From positions 1 to 64,000 of the IMG/VR virus record IMGVR_UViG_3300002461_000132: a DNA stretch of 64,000 nucleotides; one strand, written 5' to 3'. Shown piece by piece: positions 25,775 to 31,650 of this stretch (the first letter of the stretch is position 1; every line of letters begins with the position of its first letter). This DNA is from a virus. Both the position numbers and the translations under genes were made by a program. The notes below the pieces were generated by a model. That model saw only the letters and a list, made by a program, of their open reading frames with translations. It ran no database searches and was not told where the DNA came from.

Positions 25775-26773
25775 TCAGTGCACGGTGTCGACGATGTCGG
25801 GGTAGCCGGCCGCGTGGTGTGCGCGGGCTTCTTCGATCGTGTCGTAGATCTCTTCATCGAACCAACCGAGCTCGAGGGCGAGCTCGCGCTCGGCTTTCAA
25901 CTCGTCGAACCCCTGACGCGTCAGCGCTGTCGACTTGATCTCGATCGAGCTCGTTGCGCCGGCGAGCCGAGCTTCATCCTGGTACCGCGTCAGCACGCGC
26001 GGACCGTTGCCGCGGCCGTTCGTGCGGCCGACGAGGCGACGCACCGTCACGCTGTCCGACGTGATCTTCGCGTTCGGGCGCACCGACTTGATCGCGGCGA
26101 TCGCCGGCAAGAACTTCGGCGACTCGGGGCCGATGCCGAGCAAGTGAATCCGCGCGCCGAACCACGGCAACCCCGTGCAGAGCTCGCGCAGATCCTCGAG
26201 CGACGTTGCATCCTTCTTCATCGGGACGCCGGCGATCAGATCGGTCGGACGCATGCCGAGGATCTCGACCTGTCGGGCCCATGCCGCGGACATCGCAAGC
26301 GCACCCTTCTGCACCGGCACGATGATCTGCGCGCGCAACCCGGCGAGCAAGTGCATCACGTGCGACCAACGCGCGAGGCGTTCGAACGTCGCAGCCTGAT
26401 CACCGACGAGGTCGGGCGCAACGAGGTACGCGCGTTGACCGAACGTGTGGGCCGCCCAAAAGTAGATCGCGAACCGCTCGATCCACGACGCATCCGTGAT
26501 CGGCTTCTTCACGACGAGGCGGCCGGCCGTCGGGTCGAACGCGACTTCGCCGAACGCGCCGGAGTCAACGAAGATGCGCATCATCGGGCCGGCCTCGCGC
26601 TCGCACGCGTCGAGCAAACCATCGCGGATCTCCGTGGCGGTGATCCCGAAGTGGCGAGCCGATCGGCAGAGCCCCATCACTTCGCCGGGGTGGTTCACGC
26701 CGGAAGCGAAATGCTCGCCTTCCTGCGAGAGCTCGAGCGGGTACGCGACGTCGGGGCGATACTTTCCTTGCAT
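25775..26773 (-). CDS. tRNA-guanine-transglycosylase-fold protein (DpdA-like DNA transglycosylase candidate)
   Basis: RIFVDSGAFGEV (compare TGT DSGGFQ), VAPDLVGD, IIVPVQKG, IAGVPMKK and IHLLGIGPESPKFL (compare TGT MGVGKPDD) are spaced as beta-strand ends of a TIM barrel. The ATG at 26773 follows cassette B. Confidence 0.45.
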   Translation of the reverse strand: MQGKYRPDVAYPLELSQEGEHFASGVNHPGEVMGLCRSARHFGITATEIRDGLLDACEREAGPMMRIFVDSGAFGEVAFDPTAGRLVVKKPITDASWIERFAIYFWAAHTFGQRAYLVAPDLVGDQAATFERLARWSHVMHLLAGLRAQIIVPVQKGALAMSAAWARQVEILGMRPTDLIAGVPMKKDATSLEDLRELCTGLPWFGARIHLLGIGPESPKFLPAIAAIKSVRPNAKITSDSVTVRRLVGRTNGRGNGPRVLTRYQDEARLAGATSSIEIKSTALTRQGFDELKAERELALELGWFDEEIYDTIEEARAHHAAGYPDIVDTVH

Positions 26774-26816
26774 GAGATACACTCTAAGCCTTCCGTCAAC
26801 AGTTGTCAACAGGTCC
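26774..26816 (-). promoter_or_regulatory. Promoter cassette B (leaderless geometry)
   Basis: Minus strand: TTGACA (26809-26804), 17 nt, TAGAGT (26786-26781), 7 nt, ATG 26773. Confidence 0.6.
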
Positions 26817-26823
26817 AAACGAA

Positions 26824-27129
26824 CTACGCCACGATCTTCGCGAGCGCGATCGACACGAGGCGTTGCGCGGCGAGCTCGAGCGCCGAGTCACGGAAGCCAC
26901 CGGCCGGAACGCCGGCGCGCGCGAAATCCGAGCGGAGGATCTCGATATGCGCATCGGTGCCGATGTCGCCGATGTAGCGGGGCATCGCGTAGAAGCGGAC
27001 ATCAGAACCCGAGCGCGACACGCGGTACACGTTGCCACGGATCGTCACGCGCGGACCGATCGCGCAAGTGACCTCGATCGCAAGCTGATGAATCTGCGCC
27101 GTCGTCGTTTCGTTGTTCGTCGTTTCCAT
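26824..27129 (-). CDS. Early ORFan (101 aa)
   Basis: METTNNETTTAQIHQLAIEV... The ATG lies 7 nt after the -10 of cassette C. No motif recognised. Confidence 0.6.
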   Translation of the reverse strand: METTNNETTTAQIHQLAIEVTCAIGPRVTIRGNVYRVSRSGSDVRFYAMPRYIGDIGTDAHIEILRSDFARAGVPAGGFRDSALELAAQRLVSIALAKIVA

Positions 27130-27172
27130 GAGAGACAGGTTAAGCCTTCCGTCAACAGTTGTCAACAGGTCC
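27130..27172 (-). promoter_or_regulatory. Promoter cassette C (leaderless geometry)
   Basis: Minus strand: TTGACA (27165-27160), 17 nt, TAACCT (27142-27137), 7 nt, ATG 27129. Confidence 0.6.
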
Positions 27173-27202
27173 AACGCGTCTACCGGAAATCGTCAACAGG
27201 TC

Positions 27203-27598
27203 CTAGCAGTTAGCCCCGTGGTTCGCACCGCGGCACATGCAATCGCATGCGGGGCCGGTCGCGTTGCGACAGATCGCCCCGCACTTGTGGCGCGACTTCT
27301 TCGTGCCCTCGGTGACCTTGTGCAGCTTGATCCACGTGTCGCAACCCGGGCACTTCGCGATCACCGACGCATCCTCGTTGTAGACGCGCGACGTTGCGAT
27401 CCCGGTCCCGTCAGCGTGCACGATCGCGATCCCCTGCAACGTCAGCCCCGACGCTCCCTCGAGCTTGTGCGTGCCCTTGCGGCCGCCGGCGCGACAGATC
27501 CGGCACCGGCCGATCCATCGGGCGGCCGCGGCGAGCTCGCGCACGAGGACGATCGGGCCGGTCGCCTTGAACGCCGGAAGCATGGTGATCGTCGTCAC
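27203..27598 (-). CDS. Cys-rich zinc-finger-like early protein (131 aa)
   Basis: The GTG start lies 2 nt after the upstream stop. Motifs CRICRAG, CPGCD and a C-terminal cluster HKCGAICRNATGPACDCMCRGANHGANC. Confidence 0.55.
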   Translation of the reverse strand: MTTITMLPAFKATGPIVLVRELAAAARWIGRCRICRAGGRKGTHKLEGASGLTLQGIAIVHADGTGIATSRVYNEDASVIAKCPGCDTWIKLHKVTEGTKKSRHKCGAICRNATGPACDCMCRGANHGANC

Positions 27599-27599
27599 G

Positions 27600-27821
27600 T
27601 TAGATCGCCACGGCGAGGCGTTGCTCGGGCATCGTGCGAAGGATCTGGCGGTGGTACAGCCGCTCGAGCTCGCCGATGATCACCGCGTCAGCGTCCAACC
27701 GGCGCAACTGCGCGAGCTCGGCATGCATCGCGGCGATCCCGCCACGCAACCACGCGGCATCCGCGATCGTGCCGGCGATCGTGGTCTTACGGAGATACTC
27801 GGGGTTGATTTGTTTCGCCAT
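27600..27821 (-). CDS. Early ORFan (73 aa)
   Basis: MAKQINPEYLRKTTIAGTIADAAWLRGG... The ATG lies 7 nt after the -10 of cassette D. Confidence 0.55.
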   Translation of the reverse strand: MAKQINPEYLRKTTIAGTIADAAWLRGGIAAMHAELAQLRRLDADAVIIGELERLYHRQILRTMPEQRLAVAI

Positions 27822-27864
27822 GAGAGACAGGTTAAGCCTTCCGTCAACAGTTGTCAACAGGTCC
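27822..27864 (-). promoter_or_regulatory. Promoter cassette D (leaderless geometry)
   Basis: Minus strand: TTGACA (27857-27852), 17 nt, TAACCT (27834-27829), 7 nt, ATG 27821. Confidence 0.6.
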
Positions 27865-27874
27865 AACGCGATGA

Positions 27875-28198
27875 CTACGCGGCCGGGATCGCGGCATAGA
27901 TCGCTTTCGCGAGCTTGCTCACGTTGTACGACATGCCGGGGTACCACGTGCCGGTCTGGCATGCGTACAACGCCTCGATCTTCGCGAGCTCGCCCTCGAG
28001 TTGCTTCACATCTTCGAACGCGCCTTGCGCGGCGAGATACTTCGCATACGCGGCCGTCGACTTGCGCGCATACGCGCGCTCGTTGGCCTTGTACTGCGCG
28101 ACGATCATCGCACGCAACGTAGTGATCTGACCGATCACCGTCGAGATCTCGCCGTCGAAGGAGGTGATCACCGCGTGCGTTTCGTTCGTCGTTTCCAT
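27875..28198 (-). CDS. Early ORFan (107 aa), helical
   Basis: METTNETHAVITSFDGEISTVIGQ... The ATG lies 7 nt after the -10 of cassette E. It shares its first codons with 26824..27129. Confidence 0.6.
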   Translation of the reverse strand: METTNETHAVITSFDGEISTVIGQITTLRAMIVAQYKANERAYARKSTAAYAKYLAAQGAFEDVKQLEGELAKIEALYACQTGTWYPGMSYNVSKLAKAIYAAIPAA

Positions 28199-28241
28199 GA
28201 GAGACAGGTTAAGCCTTCCGTCAACAGTTGTCAACAGGTCC
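28199..28241 (-). promoter_or_regulatory. Promoter cassette E (leaderless geometry), leftward member of the divergent pair
   Basis: Minus strand: TTGACA (28234-28229), 17 nt, TAACCT (28211-28206), 7 nt, ATG 28198. Confidence 0.6.
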
Positions 28242-28304
28242 TGTAAGTGCATGAACCTGTTGACGATTCGGAACGGAGTGATCTCGAGGCAACTTCCGAG
28301 CGTT

Positions 28305-28347
28305 GGACCTGTTGACAACTGTTGACGCAAGGCTTAACCTGTCTCTC
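28305..28347 (+). promoter_or_regulatory. Promoter cassette F (leaderless geometry), rightward member of the divergent pair
   Basis: TTGACA (28312-28317), 17 nt, TAACCT (28335-28340), 7 nt, ATG 28348. Confidence 0.6.
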
Positions 28348-28725
28348 ATGCAACCGACTACCAACGAGATGACGGAGACCCAATCTGACGCGATGGTCGG
28401 CCTCGACGCGCTCGAGGCCGGTAACCTCGAGCGCGCTCGTGCGCTCCTCGTCGGTGCCGGCGTGACGGTCGAGATCGGCAGCACCAAGCTCGCCGGCGTC
28501 ATCGTCAAGGTGACGCGTTGCGTGATCACGGTGACGTACGGCCACGGTGACAAGCCCCGCACGTTTCGCAAGATGCCGGGCGCTGTGGCGAGCTCGGAAC
28601 GCATGGGCCCCGCCGGCCCCAATCCGCTGTTGCGCGGACCGATCCGCGATTCCCTCGAGCTCGCCGCGATCGACTTCGGCAACGTGGATCTCGACTTCAC
28701 GATCACCGGCTACGCGTGCGGCTGA
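28348..28725 (+). CDS. Early ORFan (125 aa)
   Basis: MQPTTNEMTETQSDAMVGLDALEAG... The ATG lies 7 nt after the -10 of cassette F. Confidence 0.6.
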   Translation: MQPTTNEMTETQSDAMVGLDALEAGNLERARALLVGAGVTVEIGSTKLAGVIVKVTRCVITVTYGHGDKPRTFRKMPGAVASSERMGPAGPNPLLRGPIRDSLELAAIDFGNVDLDFTITGYACG

Positions 28726-28730
28726 TCGTC

Positions 28731-28773
28731 TGACCTGTTGACAACTGTTGACGAAAGGCTTAACGTAGATCCC
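28731..28773 (+). promoter_or_regulatory. Promoter cassette G (leaderless geometry)
   Basis: TTGACA (28738-28743), 17 nt, TAACGT (28761-28766), 7 nt, ATG 28774. Confidence 0.6.
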
Positions 28774-29226
28774 ATGACGAAACGCATTGTTCACGCCCCG
28801 ATGAATTGGCCGAGCACGGCCGTTGCGCGCGTCACGATCAATTGGTCGGAGATCTCCGGCGGTGACGGCCGCACGTTCGTCGGACTCGCGGGCATCGATC
28901 ATTGGCTGCGCGCGAAGCTCGATCAGGCAGCGCTCAAGAGCGAAGGAGCGTACGGGGATCGTGGTTGCGATCGTCCGTCGGGCTACCTCAAGACGGAGAT
29001 CGAAGTGGTGTGGTGTGACGGCGAGCGGTTCACGTTCCGCGTCGATCTCAACTACGGCGTGACCTGTCGCGCCGATGCCCTCGGTTCGGACATCGTGACG
29101 GCCGAGCTCGTGCAGCGCGCGGCCTACTCGCGAGAGAAGGCCGACACGTTCGGCGTCTACTCGCCGGAGCTCTGCGCGTTCGTGGAATCGCGACTCGGCA
29201 CCATTGCACGCGAGCTCGCCGCGTGA
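28774..29226 (+). CDS. Early ORFan (150 aa)
   Basis: MTKRIVHAPMNWPSTAVARVTINW... The ATG lies 7 nt after the -10 of cassette G. GTGA overlap with the AlkB-like gene. Confidence 0.6.
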   Translation: MTKRIVHAPMNWPSTAVARVTINWSEISGGDGRTFVGLAGIDHWLRAKLDQAALKSEGAYGDRGCDRPSGYLKTEIEVVWCDGERFTFRVDLNYGVTCRADALGSDIVTAELVQRAAYSREKADTFGVYSPELCAFVESRLGTIARELAA

Positions 29227-29783
29227 CGTTGCCCGGCTGCTTCGCGCTGCAACGTCAGTGGATCATCGGTCACGATGCGGTGCTCGAGATCCTCGAGCGT
29301 ACGCTTCCGTGGTCCGTCGAACGAATCCGCATGTTCGGGCGCACCGTGCCGGTACCGCGTGCGACGGCGCTGATCGGCGAAGCACCGTACACCTACTCGG
29401 GCATCCGGCACACACCGGCCCCGTGGGATCCCATGCTCGCCGCGATGCGTGATCGCCTCGAGCGCGAGCTCGGGATCCGCTTCAACTCGTGTCTCGCCAA
29501 CTTCTACCGGAACGGCCGCGACTCGGTCGCCTGGCATGCGGATGACGAACCCGAGCTCGGCGAGCGGCCGACGATCGCAAGCGTGTCACTCGGGGACGCT
29601 CGGGCATTCGTCGTGCGTCGTGCCGCGGTTCCTCGCAACGTCGTCGAGGTGCTCGAGCTCGGATACGGTGACCTCCTCGTGATGCGCGACGAGTCGCAAG
29701 CGGACTATCAGCATTGCGTGTTCAAGACCTCGCATCCGGTCGGGCCCCGCATCAACCTGACGTTCCGATCCGTGCGCGTCTAG
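29223..29783 (+). CDS. alkB: AlkB-like Fe(II)/2-oxoglutarate-dependent dioxygenase
   Basis: NFYRNGRDSVAWHADDEPELG (HxD iron ligands), DLLVM...YQHCV (distal His) and RINLTFRSV (2OG-binding Arg) occur in AlkB order. Confidence 0.7.
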   Translation: MTLPGCFALQRQWIIGHDAVLEILERTLPWSVERIRMFGRTVPVPRATALIGEAPYTYSGIRHTPAPWDPMLAAMRDRLERELGIRFNSCLANFYRNGRDSVAWHADDEPELGERPTIASVSLGDARAFVVRRAAVPRNVVEVLELGYGDLLVMRDESQADYQHCVFKTSHPVGPRINLTFRSVRV

Positions 29784-29826
29784 ACTTGTTGACAACTGTT
29801 GACCACATAGCTAAGGTGACCACCAC
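29783..29826 (+). promoter_or_regulatory. Promoter cassette H (near-leaderless)
   Basis: TTGACA (29789-29794), 17 nt, TAAGGT (29812-29817), 9 nt, ATG 29827. Confidence 0.5.
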
Positions 29827-30108
29827 ATGACGAGTCGCGCGCGACAGAAGGGCATCAACGATGCCAACATTTTCATTTTGCTGAACACGATCGAGGCGTG
29901 CCGGCATGCGTTGCTGATCCGGGCGAAAGCACCGAGCGCGGTTCTGATCGACGACTTGGGAAGCACGCGCGTTGCTGCGCTCGTGTTCCAGTGCAAAGAG
30001 CAACCCGGAACCGACGAGGCCGATGCCGAGCTCGAGCTCGCGCTCGCCGAATATGATCTCGAATGGCGACAGACCGTCACCGATCACTTGACCCAACAGG
30101 AGAGCTAG
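29827..30108 (+). CDS. Early ORFan (93 aa)
   Basis: MTSRARQKGINDANIFILLNTIEACRH... The ATG lies 9 nt after the -10 of cassette H. Confidence 0.55.
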   Translation: MTSRARQKGINDANIFILLNTIEACRHALLIRAKAPSAVLIDDLGSTRVAALVFQCKEQPGTDEADAELELALAEYDLEWRQTVTDHLTQQES

Positions 30109-30112
30109 AACC

Positions 30113-30547
30113 ATGGCAAAGCAAATCAGCGTCGGCACCCACAAGGCCGGCATCCACACCCATCTGACCGTGCGCTCCGGCGTGCCGGGCGCCGGCGCGT
30201 TGCTCGGCAAGCTCGTCGCCGACGACGAGGCGATCAAGCTCGGCGCGGACGCGCTCGACGCCGTGGTTGATGCACTCGTCGATCGCATCCTCGACGACGA
30301 TGGGTTGCGCGTCGGCTTCTTCACTGGCGAGGACGACCCCGACGCCGTGCACAAGCACAAACACGTGTGGTCGGAATTCGTCGAGACGACGCGCACCGCC
30401 GCGCGTACGCTCGCGCGCGAGAAGGTGATCGAGGCGTTCAACGCGCACGATCTCACCAACGGCCGTCGGTTGCAGTTGATCCCGGTGATCCGCGATTCGA
30501 TCACCAAGCCCTCGACGCTCGGCATCAACCTGGACGACGACAAGTGA
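30113..30547 (+). CDS. Hypothetical protein (144 aa)
   Basis: A GGAG Shine-Dalgarno precedes ATG 30113. The sequence is acidic and helical. Confidence 0.6.
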   Translation: MAKQISVGTHKAGIHTHLTVRSGVPGAGALLGKLVADDEAIKLGADALDAVVDALVDRILDDDGLRVGFFTGEDDPDAVHKHKHVWSEFVETTRTAARTLAREKVIEAFNAHDLTNGRRLQLIPVIRDSITKPSTLGINLDDDK

Positions 30548-30942
30548 GCGAAGGTCTGATCGGCCGCGACCTCGTGCGTACGATCGTGCCGGTGGCAACG
30601 GAGTCGGGGCAGAAGGGAAAGCCCGACATCGTGCATCCGCCGATCGAAGTGTTCGGGCGGTGCATGGCGATCACCGTCGAGACGCTGCGCAACGGTGATC
30701 CGCGGTTCATCGCGATGGTCACGATCGAGCGCACCGGCGAGCTCGAGATGTGGCCGATCGACGGCACCGTGCGCGTCGAGGTGCCACCACCTGCGAAGGC
30801 ACGAATCCCGTGGTCCGTGTTGCGTCACGCGTTTCTCGACGAGGCGATCAACCTCCTCGAGAAGCGCCGCGATGACAAGTTGCAGGGCAACAGCGATCTC
30901 GTGAAGCAAGCGATCGAGCACTTCATCGCGAGGCTGACGTGA
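30544..30942 (+). CDS. Hypothetical protein (132 aa)
   Basis: The GTG at 30544 forms a GTGA overlap. Sequence VSEGLIGRDLVRTIVPVATESGQKGKPD... Confidence 0.5.
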   Translation: MSEGLIGRDLVRTIVPVATESGQKGKPDIVHPPIEVFGRCMAITVETLRNGDPRFIAMVTIERTGELEMWPIDGTVRVEVPPPAKARIPWSVLRHAFLDEAINLLEKRRDDKLQGNSDLVKQAIEHFIARLT

Positions 30943-31193
30943 GTCGAACGGTTCGACGTGTCACGCGTGCGACCTGCGAAGGGTGCTTCGCAACGTGCGA
31001 TCGCGACTTCGACGAGGTCGTGTACAACCGGCCGATCGACGGCGGTTGGTCCGTGTTGATCGTCGAACCTGTTGGCCAGACCGGATCGGGGCCGAGTCTT
31101 GAGCGCGACTACTGCCCGACGTGCACGCTCGAGATCGCACAGGATCGCGCGGTCGCGATGACGCGGAAGCTGAACGAACCGAGCAAACCGTGA
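30939..31193 (+). CDS. Zinc-ribbon protein (84 aa)
   Basis: GTGA overlap start. Motifs CEGCFATC and CPTC. Confidence 0.5.
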   Translation: MSRTVRRVTRATCEGCFATCDRDFDEVVYNRPIDGGWSVLIVEPVGQTGSGPSLERDYCPTCTLEIAQDRAVAMTRKLNEPSKP

Positions 31194-31450
31194 TCACGTT
31201 CCTGTTCCATGTGCTGTGGTTCGTCGCCGAGCTCCTCGCGTTGCTCGTCGACGCGCGACGGCGTGAGTGTCCGACTGGCTACGCGCTCGAGGGCGTGACG
31301 CCGTCCGGCGTGTTCACCTGTCGGTTGCAGGTCGGGCCCGATGATGGTGAGCTCGAGCTCGTCGACACCGTGCGCGGCCGCGTCTACTGCCGTCCCTCGG
31401 AAATCGCGTGGTCTCCCACGCATCGCAACATCGGCTGTCGGAGGATCTGA
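31190..31450 (+). CDS. Small membrane protein (86 aa)
   Basis: GTGA overlap start. N-terminal TM segment VITFLFHVLWFVAELLALLV. Confidence 0.5.
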   Translation: MITFLFHVLWFVAELLALLVDARRRECPTGYALEGVTPSGVFTCRLQVGPDDGELELVDTVRGRVYCRPSEIAWSPTHRNIGCRRI

Positions 31451-31452
31451 TC

Positions 31453-31650
31453 ATGGGTGCACGTACGAAATCAGTGCTGCGCGGTGACGCGATCGTGCGC
31501 GATCACAAGCTCGGCGACCTCGTCGAGATCAAGGATCGCGGGATGTGGATCAAGGCGACCTACCGCGGCCGCCTCAACAACCGATGGCATGCGGTCGACG
31601 TCGACGGCGTGCGCGTCGAAACGACCAACGTGCGAAAGGCCGCCTCGTGA
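31453..31650 (+). CDS. Small hypothetical protein (65 aa)
   Basis: A GGAGG Shine-Dalgarno lies 8 nt before ATG 31453. Sequence MGARTKSVLRGDAIVRDHKLGDLVEIKDRG... Confidence 0.5.
   Translation: MGARTKSVLRGDAIVRDHKLGDLVEIKDRGMWIKATYRGRLNNRWHAVDVDGVRVETTNVRKAAS

Noticed and set aside
28303-28347. The conserved peptide MDLLTTVD(G/A)RLNLSL, shown at the N terminus of several track ORFs, as a real shared signal sequence
   Set aside because: It is the in-frame translation of the cassette from a TTG. Conservation is at the nucleotide level, is identical on both strands' cassettes, and coincides exactly with -35/-10 elements. Cassettes G and H break the peptide but keep the promoter spacing. It is kept as the explicit alternative hypothesis in finding 1.
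22942-29826. The repeated ~45-bp cassettes as a CRISPR array
   Set aside because: The copies are 360-3800 bp apart and irregularly spaced. They occur in both orientations, and each abuts the ATG of a GC3-rich ORF. No cas genes are present. The geometry fits promoters, not CRISPR repeats.
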